20,211 nucleotides of DNA from NCBI GenBank assembly GCA_044376115.1, contig JBILLK010000054.1:1-20211 (forward strand). The letters are read 5' to 3'. This stretch comes from Polyangiaceae bacterium (GTDB taxonomy: Bacteria; Myxococcota_A; Polyangia; Polyangiales; Polyangiaceae). Positions within the stretch are counted from its first letter, which is position 1, and each line of letters opens with the position of its first letter. Under the pieces are notes generated by a model that was not told the DNA's origin, did not search any database, and saw only the letters and a list, made by a program, of their open reading frames with translations. Position numbers and translations under genes: made by a program. Positions 1-8,070 of the stretch are shown here, in pieces.

Positions 1-1
1 C

Positions 2-196
2 GGAGAGACCTGCACTTCGCAAGACGACACCATCGGCGAATGTGTGGCCGACGAGGACGTGGACCCGACGGTCTACGCTCAAGGCGCAGGCCTATGCGAC
101 TGTCGACAGGCGCCCGGCTCACAGGAGAACCAGCTCGGACTCTTGGCAGCGCTGCTCGCCGCGGTCGGCCTCGGCCGGCGCCGCAAGCGCAACTAA
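2..196 (+). CDS. 3' end (partial) of a MYXO-CTERM-anchored surface protein
   Basis: Not in the ORF track. Frame 2 reads GETCTSQDDTIGECVADEDVDPTVYAQGAGLCDCRQAPGSQENQLGLLAALLAAVGLGRRRKRN* (TAA 194-196). It shows the G-x-G-x-CxC motif, a hydrophobic helix and a basic tail typical of MYXO-CTERM. Its stop overlaps the stop of the convergent gene (193-195). Confidence 0.8.
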   Translation, partial: GETCTSQDDTIGECVADEDVDPTVYAQGAGLCDCRQAPGSQENQLGLLAALLAAVGLGRRRKRN

Positions 197-1341
197 CCGA
201 TAATCATTGATTCCTTGAGGAGGTTCCCTTCGCGGAACCTCCTCAAGTTCCATCGCTGAAACAGTGGTAGGTCTGTGGTGTTTACGATGTGGTCTGCGAG
301 CAGCTTGCCCATCACCGGGGCCATCATGAAGCCGTGCCCCATGAAGCCTGAGGCTTGGTAGAACTCGTCGACGCCGTCCACCTGGCCAACGATCGGGTTT
401 TGGTCGGGCGTTAAATCGTAACAGCCAGCCCACTGGCGCAGTACTTTGACGGCGCCGACGCTCGGCACGGTTTTGACCAGCGCCGATGCATAGAGCGATA
501 AAAACTTGATGCTCGAGCGCATATCGATGCCCTCCGGTACATCGTGGTTCGATATGCCGCCGACGATCTCGCCGCGCGTCGACTGGGAGAAGTAGAGGCC
601 ATTTGACAAGTCGGCGACGAGCGGTGTGAGCCACGGCTTGAGCGGCTCGCTGGAACAGATCTCGTGCCGGTGCGGCTTGTTGGGGAGCTCGACGCCGAGC
701 ATGGCCGCAACCCCGGGACTCCAGGCGCCACAAGCGTTCACCACGCGGTTGGTCGCGATCTCTCCCTGGTCCGTGCACACGGCCAGGATCTTCGACCCTT
801 GCGTGCGGAAGCCGGTGACCTTGGTAAAGGTGCGGATGGAAACCCCGTGCGACTCGGCGCCCTTGGCGTAGCCCCAAACGAATGGCCAGGGAAACACCAC
901 CGCGTCATTGGGGTTGTAGCTCGCTGAAAGCACGCCCTCGACCTGCAGCTCGGGCACGACCTTCTGAGCTTCTTTGGCTGTAAGCAGGCGCGTGGCGTGA
1001 CCACATTCATTCTGAACTTTGACGCTGGCGTGGAGCGACGCCTCTGATTCCTTGTTGCGGACGAGAAACAGGTAGCCGCCTTGGCGGAACCACACATTGA
1101 TCTTCATCTGCGAGGCGAAATCCGCGCAGATGCGCAGGCTCTCTTGCATCAGCCGAACGTTGGTTTCGCTCGAGAACTGTGCGCGTACGCCGCCGCCGTT
1201 GCGGCCGGAGGCTCCGCTGCAGAGGTAGCCTTGCTCGAGCACCACGACGCGTTTGACACCGTGCTCGCGTGCAAGATTGTAGGCGGTAGCGAGACCCATG
1301 ATCCCGCCGCCGATGATCACGATGTCGGCCTGCTCAGACAT
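193..1341 (-). CDS. FAD-dependent oxidoreductase, DAO family (sarcosine oxidase beta / dye-linked L-proline dehydrogenase beta-like)
   Basis: N-terminal GGGIMG Rossmann motif, ASGRNGGGVRAQF, VVNACGAWS, WAGCYDLTPDQNPIVG and GFMGHGFMMAP; 382 aa. Confidence 0.9.
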   Translation of the reverse strand: MSEQADIVIIGGGIMGLATAYNLAREHGVKRVVVLEQGYLCSGASGRNGGGVRAQFSSETNVRLMQESLRICADFASQMKINVWFRQGGYLFLVRNKESEASLHASVKVQNECGHATRLLTAKEAQKVVPELQVEGVLSASYNPNDAVVFPWPFVWGYAKGAESHGVSIRTFTKVTGFRTQGSKILAVCTDQGEIATNRVVNACGAWSPGVAAMLGVELPNKPHRHEICSSEPLKPWLTPLVADLSNGLYFSQSTRGEIVGGISNHDVPEGIDMRSSIKFLSLYASALVKTVPSVGAVKVLRQWAGCYDLTPDQNPIVGQVDGVDEFYQASGFMGHGFMMAPVMGKLLADHIVNTTDLPLFQRWNLRRFREGNLLKESMIIG

Positions 1342-1356
1342 GCGGCCCGTAGGCTA

Positions 1357-2004
1357 TCAGGCCGGTGCCCGCTTCCGATAGCGCAGCCGATGAATCGGCA
1401 AGCCATCGGCGATCGCTCGGTGTTCACGCGGGCTGCGCGCGCCGTACGGGTTTTCAACCATGTGCGGGTTGCCCGCTTCATCACCGGCTGGCTCGAACGC
1501 AGGGTGAGCCGAGACCAACGCTTCATAACGCTGCGCGCGTTCTTCCACGTCGGTCTGGATGAACAAGTGCCCCTCGGGGGTCAACAAGCGCGCGATGTTG
1601 ACCAGCAGCTCCTCGCCCAAAACCAGCCGCTTCTCATGGCGCTTCTTCCACCACGGATCGGGGAACATCAGGAAGACCGCGCGCACCGAGGCGTCCGGGC
1701 GAAGCCGGTCTAAGGCGATCTTGGCGTCCGCGGCGAGCACGCGCGCCTGCGCCGAGAGCCCGCCCTTCTTCAGCTTCTCATCGACGATGTTCGCCCATTT
1801 GAAGCGAATCTCTAGGCCGAGCAAGGTGACCTCGGGAGCTGCTGCACAGCGCTCGAACATGAAGCCGCCGCGACCAGGCCCGATCTCGATCTCCCACGGA
1901 CCTTCACGGCCGGGGAAGATCTCAGGGAAGGCAACGGGATCTGCGCCCGGCGGAAGTTGAGCCGCGTGAGCGTAGGGATGTCGGGGGTTGACGACCTTAT
2001 CCAT
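1357..2004 (-). CDS. trmB: tRNA (guanine-N7)-methyltransferase
   Basis: EIGPGRGGF SAM motif, LGLEIR, FPDPWWKKRHEKR and IQTD are TrmB signatures. Start trimmed to ATG 2004 (MDKVVNP, 215 aa) because the longer ORF overlaps the divergent gene. Confidence 0.92.
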   Translation of the reverse strand: MDKVVNPRHPYAHAAQLPPGADPVAFPEIFPGREGPWEIEIGPGRGGFMFERCAAAPEVTLLGLEIRFKWANIVDEKLKKGGLSAQARVLAADAKIALDRLRPDASVRAVFLMFPDPWWKKRHEKRLVLGEELLVNIARLLTPEGHLFIQTDVEERAQRYEALVSAHPAFEPAGDEAGNPHMVENPYGARSPREHRAIADGLPIHRLRYRKRAPA

Positions 2005-2052
2005 CGATGGCGAGACGCGTGTACACTCCCGCGCCGCCGATCGGAACCGAAA

Positions 2053-4170
2053 GTGACATCCCCGCCTTCCTCGCGCACAAAAGCGCTGATTACAAGCCTC
2101 CGAGCCCGCGTTCGCCCCTATGCACCGTATCTCATCGCGAGTTCGCTGCTGGCTTGGCTCGCGATCCGCAACATCTTCGCCGACGCCAAAGGTCCGGCTG
2201 TTCCGCTCGACGACTCGTACATTCACTTCGTTTACGCCAAGCGCTTTGCTCAGTTTGAGCCGTTCGTATTCTCTCCAGGTGACGGCCCGACCAGCGGCGC
2301 GACCAGCTTCTTGTGGCCGCTCTTGCTCGCGCCGTTCTACCTGATCGGTTTCCACGACAGCTCGATCATCTGGGCGGCCTGGCTGCTGGGCACGGTGCTT
2401 CATGCGGCTACCGCGCTCGAGACCAAGCGGCTCGCCGAGAAGGTCGCGGGGCCGATCGCAGCGGTGGGCGCCTCGGTGATGTGCCTCTTGTTCGGCGCCT
2501 TCGCGTGGTTCGCCTGGAGCGGGATGGAGACGATGGGGCTGGCGTGGTCGATGACGCGCGCCATTCGCCTAACGGCGGACTATGCGGAGGCAACGCCGGC
2601 GCAGCGCACGGGCGCGCTCGCACGCAAGGCCGCGATCGCGGGGGCCCTCTGTCCGCTGTTCCGGCCGGAAGGAGGCTTCATCGCTTTGGTGGTCGCCGGC
2701 GCGATCTTGCTGCTCAGCTTTCGGAACCAACGGCGCATCGCTCTCTCGTCCGCTGCGCTCGCGACCGCTGGCGTGCTGATCTCGCCAGTGTTCAATTGGC
2801 TGCTGACTGGCCATGCGCGCTCGACGACGACGATGGTCAAGTGGGGGCCCGGTAACCCTTATTACGTCGGGGAACGGCTCTCGCAGTTCTTCTTCGGGAA
2901 CGTACAAATGTTCCTGACCGAGCTGCTTTCGGCTGGCCCGTTTACTACGATATTTTTGCCCGACTATACGCATTACGTATTGGCGGCAGGGCTGCTGGCC
3001 TTTCTCGCCATCATCGTTCGAACCAAGAATTACAAGGTCGGCGGGCTGATTCTGCTGTTTGTTCTGAGCAGCGTCATCCCCTGTACCTTCATTACGATCC
3101 TATGGAACCGCGTGCGCTACATCTGGCCTTACGCGCCAGCGTGGTTCGTACTCGTCGCCTGTCTCGGGCACGAGATCGCTGCGATGGTCGGCAAGCTCAC
3201 CAAGACGGACGTGCGCTGGGTGGCTGGTATCGTCACCGGGGTCTTCGCCGGCGCTCTCGGGACCAAGCTCACCTGGGCGCTCAACGACCTGGCCAATAGC
3301 TCGCGCGCCATCACCGAGCAGCAGGTCAAGCTCGGTCGTTGGGCCAAGGACAACCTGCCAGCGGACGCGCGCATTGGGCTCAACGACACGGGGGCGATTG
3401 CATACTTCTCTGAGCGAAGGACCTTCGATGTCGTCGGCTTGACCACGCAGGGCGAGGCTCCCTATTGGGTCCAAGGCTCAGGGAGCCGATATGAGCATTA
3501 TGAACGGCTCGGCGCCGACAAACTGCCGACCCATTTTATCGTCTACCCCGAATGGATGGGTATTCCAGGCGTGCTCGGTGAAGAGCTGTTCTCGGCCACG
3601 GTGACGAACCAGAGCATCCTCGGCGGTAACACCAAAGTAGCCTTCGTCGCCGACTGGTCGAACTTGGGGCGAGGCGCGCGGCCGATGTTGCGCGAGCGCC
3701 AGAGCACCCTCGTCGACGAGCTGGACGTAGCCGACGTCGAATCGGAGAAAGAGCACGCCTACGATATTTCGCCGTGGGCAACCGAGGGTGACAACCGCGT
3801 AGTCAACGCCTGGAACGACGCTGGGGACGAGCTTGGCGACGGCGGTCGGTTCAGGCGAACGTACGATTCGTTCAAGCTCAATTTTACCGGCACGACCAAT
3901 CCTGTGTTGGTGATGCGGGTAGCGGCCCCGGAGCCGATCAAGGTCTCCATATCGGTGGATGAGGCTGTAGTGGGTGAAGCTCAGTTTGCCGAGGGCGTCT
4001 GGACCGAACTCGACTTTCCGCTCAAGGCGATGACCGGCGTTCACAAGGTGACCATCACCGCTGTGCCTGGTCAGCTGATGGCGCGCCGTAAGCTTGGAGA
4101 GGATGGCCAGCCACTTCCGCCCGAACCCAAGACCTTCGGCACGATGCACTATTGGCTGTTCGCCGAGTGA
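2053..4170 (+). CDS. Multi-pass membrane protein, GT-C-fold glycosyltransferase-like, with C-terminal extracytoplasmic domain
   Basis: About 10-12 hydrophobic segments, the first-loop motif PLDDSYIHFVYA, GATSFLWP, SGMET, RPEG, RY and DTGAIAYFS...DVVGL. This pattern is seen in DD-motif GT-C (PMT/ArnT/Aft-like) proteins. Start placed at GTG 2053 to avoid overlap with trmB. Confidence 0.7.
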   Translation: MTSPPSSRTKALITSLRARVRPYAPYLIASSLLAWLAIRNIFADAKGPAVPLDDSYIHFVYAKRFAQFEPFVFSPGDGPTSGATSFLWPLLLAPFYLIGFHDSSIIWAAWLLGTVLHAATALETKRLAEKVAGPIAAVGASVMCLLFGAFAWFAWSGMETMGLAWSMTRAIRLTADYAEATPAQRTGALARKAAIAGALCPLFRPEGGFIALVVAGAILLLSFRNQRRIALSSAALATAGVLISPVFNWLLTGHARSTTTMVKWGPGNPYYVGERLSQFFFGNVQMFLTELLSAGPFTTIFLPDYTHYVLAAGLLAFLAIIVRTKNYKVGGLILLFVLSSVIPCTFITILWNRVRYIWPYAPAWFVLVACLGHEIAAMVGKLTKTDVRWVAGIVTGVFAGALGTKLTWALNDLANSSRAITEQQVKLGRWAKDNLPADARIGLNDTGAIAYFSERRTFDVVGLTTQGEAPYWVQGSGSRYEHYERLGADKLPTHFIVYPEWMGIPGVLGEELFSATVTNQSILGGNTKVAFVADWSNLGRGARPMLRERQSTLVDELDVADVESEKEHAYDISPWATEGDNRVVNAWNDAGDELGDGGRFRRTYDSFKLNFTGTTNPVLVMRVAAPEPIKVSISVDEAVVGEAQFAEGVWTELDFPLKAMTGVHKVTITAVPGQLMARRKLGEDGQPLPPEPKTFGTMHYWLFAE

Positions 4171-4270
4171 TGAGACCGTCGCTCGCTGCGACTATGGCCG
4201 TTTTTCTCGAAGAGGGCCCGAGTCATTCTTGTTGCCGCGTCCACCTCCGGTGGAATACGAAAGAAACCAC

Positions 4271-5221
4271 ATGACCGAGTTGCGAACCCTTTATCCCGCG
4301 ATTGAGCCCTACAACCAGGGCATGCTGAAGGTCTCGGACCTGCACAGCATCTACTTCGAAGAGTCGGGCAATCCGAAGGGGAAGCCCGCCGTCTTCGTCC
4401 ACGGCGGGCCTGGCGGCGGTACCGATCCGAAGCATCGGCGCTTCTTCGACCCGAGCGTTTATCGCATTGTGCTCTTTGATCAGCGCGGCTGCGGTAAGTC
4501 CAAGCCGTTCGCCTCCTTGGAGGACAACACCACCTGGGCGCTGATCGAGGACATGGAGAAGCTGCGCACCCATCTCGCGATCGACCAGTGGTTGGTCTTT
4601 GGTGGTTCCTGGGGCTCTACGTTGGCCTTGGCTTACGCTGAGCAATACCCAGCGCGCGTGACCGAGCTCGTGCTGCGCGGCATCTTCTTGCTGCGTAAGT
4701 GGGAGATTGATTGGTTCTATCAAGAGGGCGCCAGCCGCACCTTCCCCGACGCTTGGGCCGATTATCTCGCGCCCATCCCGGTCGAAGAGCGGGGGGACCT
4801 GCTAAAGGCCTATCACCGCCGGCTCACCTCGGAAGACCGCGCCGTCGCGTTGGCTGCAGCCAAGGCCTGGAGCATCTGGGAGGCTTCCACGAGCTTGCTC
4901 TTCCCCGACGCCGCCGTGATCGCACGCATGGGCGGAGATGACTTCGCCACAGCCTTCGCCCGCATCGAGTGTCACTACTTCATCAACCAAGGCTTCTTCG
5001 AGAAGGAGACCTACCTGCTCGATAACATCGCCAAGATTCGGCATATCCCCTGCGTGATCGTTCAAGGCCGCTATGACGTCGTGTGCCCGCCCGAATCAGC
5101 TTGGGATTTGAAGCAGGCGTGGCCCGAGGCCGAGCTGCGGATGGTGAAAGACGCCGGGCACGCAGCGTTCGAGCCCGGCAATTTGCACGAGCTGATCCTC
5201 GCCACCGACAAATTTCGCTGA
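4271..5221 (+). CDS. pip: Proline iminopeptidase (peptidase S33)
   Basis: HGGPGGG, FDQRGCGKS, nucleophile GGSWGSTL, LRGIFL, GRYDVVC and AGH; 316 aa from ATG 4271. Confidence 0.95.
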   Translation: MTELRTLYPAIEPYNQGMLKVSDLHSIYFEESGNPKGKPAVFVHGGPGGGTDPKHRRFFDPSVYRIVLFDQRGCGKSKPFASLEDNTTWALIEDMEKLRTHLAIDQWLVFGGSWGSTLALAYAEQYPARVTELVLRGIFLLRKWEIDWFYQEGASRTFPDAWADYLAPIPVEERGDLLKAYHRRLTSEDRAVALAAAKAWSIWEASTSLLFPDAAVIARMGGDDFATAFARIECHYFINQGFFEKETYLLDNIAKIRHIPCVIVQGRYDVVCPPESAWDLKQAWPEAELRMVKDAGHAAFEPGNLHELILATDKFR

Positions 5222-5266
5222 GCGCCTCGCTCGCCCGCCCCGGGTGGCTACAGCCAACCTGAGCCG

Positions 5267-5308
5267 AACCTCTCCCGGTGCCCGCTGGCCGGTGAGAGGT
5301 TTTCGTTT
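5267..5308 (+). terminator. Probable intrinsic terminator downstream of pip
   Basis: AACCTCTC-CCGG ... CCGG-T-GAGAGGTT inverted repeat (one bulge) followed by TTCGTTT. Confidence 0.5.
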
Positions 5309-5328
5309 AAGAACGCTGTTTCTAAAAA

Positions 5329-5373
5329 TGGCACTCAGTGCCACTTGACACTGAGTGCCACTGGCTGCACCCT
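5329..5373 (+). promoter_or_regulatory. Tandem palindromic operators overlapping a sigma70-type promoter
   Basis: TGGCACT-C-AGTGCCA (5329-5343, perfect) and TGACACT-G-AGTGCCA (5346-5360, one mismatch). TTGACA lies at 5345-5350, followed by a 17-nt spacer and CACCCT at 5368-5373, which is 7 nt before ATG 5381. Confidence 0.8.
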
Positions 5374-5380
5374 ATCGGCC

Positions 5381-6832
5381 ATGCGCATTCCGAGTCAGGG
5401 TTGGTCGAAGGAAGAGGTCTTTCAGAAGCTGGAGGACGCACGCAAGGCGGACCTCGCTTGGCGCGGGGGCAAGGCCTTTGCGTACGTCTATGACGGCGGG
5501 GCTGAGATCGAGGAGGTCGCCAAGAAGGCCTACGCAAGCTTCCTGACCGAGAACGGTCTCGACCCGACCTCCTTCCCGAGCTTGCTCCGCTTTGAGAATG
5601 AGCTCGTCGATATGGCGCGCACGCACTTGAACGGACCGGAAGAGGTGCGCGGCTCCTTTACCAGCGGCGGCACCGAGAGCATCATCCTGGCGCTCAAAGC
5701 CGCACGCGACCTAGCGCGAGAGCAACGCGGGATCACGGCTCCCGAGGTGATCGTGCCGGTTACCGCGCACGCGGCCTTCCATAAGGCAGGCCACTACTTG
5801 GGTATCAAGATCCGGACGACGGGCGTGGACGCACAATCCTTCCGCGCCGATGTCGCCGAGATGGCCGCCGCCATCAATGACCAGACGATCATGCTGGTGG
5901 GCTCGGCCTCTGGCTACGCCCATGGGGTGATTGACCCGATCGCTGAGATCGCTGCGCTCGCCGCGGAGCGCGGCTTGCTCTGCCACGTAGACGGCTGCAT
6001 CGGCGGCTTCCTCTTGCCGTACTTCGAGCGTTTGGGCGCCAAGATCGCGCCGTTTGATTTCCGCGTCCCCGGCGTGACCAGCATGTCGATGGACTTTCAC
6101 AAGTACGCGTTAGCGCCCAAGGGTGCCTCCGTCGTGCTCTACCGCAATGACGATCTACGGCGTCCGCAGTTTTACGCCTGTGCGAGTTGGGCCGGCTACA
6201 CGATGATCAACCCGACGATCCAAAGCTCCAAGTCGGGCGGGCCGCTGGCAGCTGCTTGGGCCGTACTCAACTACGTCGGAGATAGCGGCTACCTCGAGAT
6301 CGCCAGGAAGCTGCTGGAGGCCAAGAACGCCCTGGTCGCCGGCATCCGCAAGATCCCTGGGCTCACGGTGATGGGCGATCCGGAGATGAGCTTGATCGCC
6401 TTCACCTCCGAGACGGTGCCTGTATTCCCCATCGCTGATGCGATGAAGAAGCGTGGCTTCTACATTCAGCCGCAATTGGCGTATGGCCCGTCGAGGGAGA
6501 ACCTCCACCTCACGATTCAGCCCTCGAATGTGCCGTGGGTAGAGGAGCTCTTGCGCTGTCTCGCCGAGTCGGTGGAGGAGGCCAAGGCCGGGCGCGCAGC
6601 GTATGAAGAGGCGAAGGCAACCGGCGCGCTGTTCGCCGAGCAGCTGGCCGGGCCCAATGCAGTAGCGATGTTGCCCGGGCTCGTAGCTTCGCTCGGGGTG
6701 GGCGGGGGAGGCGCAATGCCGAGTAACATGGCCGACATCAATGCCTTGCTGAACGCGCTGCCGCGACCCATACAGGAGAAGCTGCTGGTCTTCTTCGCTA
6801 GCATGCTGTTTACGCCGCAGCGCGAGGGTTGA
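5381..6832 (+). CDS. PLP-dependent group II decarboxylase-family enzyme, sphingosine-1-phosphate lyase-like
   Basis: WRGGKAFAYVY, NGLDPTSFPSL, GSFTSGGTESI, AHAAFHKA, HGVIDPI, HVDGCIGGF and PLP-lysine motif MDFHKYALAPKG match the SPL/DPL1-like subfamily. ATG 5381 is preferred over TTG 5345, which is the -35 box. Confidence 0.85.
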   Translation: MRIPSQGWSKEEVFQKLEDARKADLAWRGGKAFAYVYDGGAEIEEVAKKAYASFLTENGLDPTSFPSLLRFENELVDMARTHLNGPEEVRGSFTSGGTESIILALKAARDLAREQRGITAPEVIVPVTAHAAFHKAGHYLGIKIRTTGVDAQSFRADVAEMAAAINDQTIMLVGSASGYAHGVIDPIAEIAALAAERGLLCHVDGCIGGFLLPYFERLGAKIAPFDFRVPGVTSMSMDFHKYALAPKGASVVLYRNDDLRRPQFYACASWAGYTMINPTIQSSKSGGPLAAAWAVLNYVGDSGYLEIARKLLEAKNALVAGIRKIPGLTVMGDPEMSLIAFTSETVPVFPIADAMKKRGFYIQPQLAYGPSRENLHLTIQPSNVPWVEELLRCLAESVEEAKAGRAAYEEAKATGALFAEQLAGPNAVAMLPGLVASLGVGGGGAMPSNMADINALLNALPRPIQEKLLVFFASMLFTPQREG

Positions 6833-6835
6833 ACG

Positions 6836-7423
6836 GTGAGCGACGCTCCCTCGCTGCGCGAACGCAAGAAGCTCGAGGCTCGTCAGGCGCTCTGCCAAGC
6901 GGCGCTCGAGCTTGCGGCCGCGCGCGGCTTCGATGCCGTGAGCGTGGAGGAGATCGCTGAGCGCGCTGGGGTATCGCGGCGGACGTTCTTTCGTACGTTC
7001 GCGACGAAAGAGGCGGTGCTGATGGAGCGCCGCCATTCGCAGCTCGCGGCGTTCAAGTCGGCGCTCATGGCCGCCTCGGACGTCCCACCGTTTGCCGCGA
7101 TCGAGCAGGCGCTGACAGCGCTGGGGGCCGAGTACCAGCGTGACAGCGCCCGCATCCTTCGTGAACGCGCGCTTTTTGCGAGCTCGCCCCAGCTGTCCGC
7201 CCACGACCAGCAGGTCGATCGGGCGTTCGAGGCAGTGATCGCAGAGGCCGTGGCCAAGCGGTCGAAGCGTGCGGTGGAACGGCGCCAAGCCAAGTACTTC
7301 GCCGCCGCAGCGGTGGGCGTATTGCGCGTGGCGATCGATGAGTGGGCCGCGGCGAACGGTAAAGTGGATATTGCCAAGGTCGCGCGGCCCGCGCTCAAGC
7401 TGCTTTCGCGGCTCGTGGCCTAG
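6836..7423 (+). CDS. TetR/AcrR-family transcriptional regulator
   Basis: LRERKK...GFDAVSVEEIAERAGVSRRTFFRTFATKEAV helix-turn-helix; GTG start 3 nt after the upstream stop. Confidence 0.93.
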   Translation: MSDAPSLRERKKLEARQALCQAALELAAARGFDAVSVEEIAERAGVSRRTFFRTFATKEAVLMERRHSQLAAFKSALMAASDVPPFAAIEQALTALGAEYQRDSARILRERALFASSPQLSAHDQQVDRAFEAVIAEAVAKRSKRAVERRQAKYFAAAAVGVLRVAIDEWAAANGKVDIAKVARPALKLLSRLVA

Positions 7424-7434
7424 TTGGGTTGGCG

Positions 7435-8070
7435 TCAATCGGCGGGCTGTTCGCCGCCCGAGCGTGCGTCGCGCAGCTTGCCAGCCCACGAATCGAGGTC
7501 TTCTCCGAGTTGGGGGAAGAGGCCAGCGACGGGGCTGCTCAGCACGCCGTCGCGCAGACGTTCGAGGCCGCGTCGTAAGCGGCTGCGCACGGTGCCTTCG
7601 GGGACGTCCAGGATTTCGGCCATCTCCGGGCCGGAGAGGCCCTCCCAATAATGCAATTCAAGGGTGACCTGCAGGTCGAGCGGGAGGCTGCGAATGGCCT
7701 CGCCCAGTGCGGCGCGCTCGGTGACTTTGCGCGCCATCGACGAAAGTCCGGGCGAAAGATCGACAGCCGAGGAGACGCCGAAATCCAGCTTCTCGTCGCG
7801 CTTCTTATTGCGATAATGCCCGTACAGCTCATTGCGGGCGATGGCGAAGAGGAAGGTGCGGAAGGACGACGCGCCGCGGAACCTCGGCGCCGCCTCGATG
7901 CAGCCTACGAAGGTACGCTGCACGAGGTCGCTCACGTCCCCATAGACCTTGTTCTCGAAGAAGCGGTAGACCGACTCGAAATGGCGCTCGAACAGCCGTT
8001 GCCCCGCGAGCCGGTCTCCCTTTTGCCAGGCCTCGAATAATTGTGAGTCGACGTTCGGATCGGTGTTCAC
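7435..8070 (-). CDS. ECF-type RNA polymerase sigma-70 factor
   Basis: Region 2 (DLVQRTF...FRGASSFRTFLFAIARN) and region 4 (LELHYWEGLSGPEMAEILDVPEGTVRSRLRRG). The GTG start overlaps the kinase stop (GTGA). Confidence 0.93.
   Translation of the reverse strand: MNTDPNVDSQLFEAWQKGDRLAGQRLFERHFESVYRFFENKVYGDVSDLVQRTFVGCIEAAPRFRGASSFRTFLFAIARNELYGHYRNKKRDEKLDFGVSSAVDLSPGLSSMARKVTERAALGEAIRSLPLDLQVTLELHYWEGLSGPEMAEILDVPEGTVRSRLRRGLERLRDGVLSSPVAGLFPQLGEDLDSWAGKLRDARSGGEQPAD

Noticed and set aside
2005..2403. N-terminal extension of the trmB ORF, and the 1957 start of the membrane protein
   Set aside because: The two extensions overlap each other. Starts at 2004 (-) and 2053 (+) resolve the conflict.
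5345..5380. TTG start for the SPL-like gene given by the ORF track
   Set aside because: This TTG is part of the TTGACA -35 box and operator; ATG 5381 fits better.
6155..7648. 497-aa minus-strand ORF
   Set aside because: Antisense shadow of the SPL-like and TetR genes. It is Arg-rich with no motifs, which is common at high GC.
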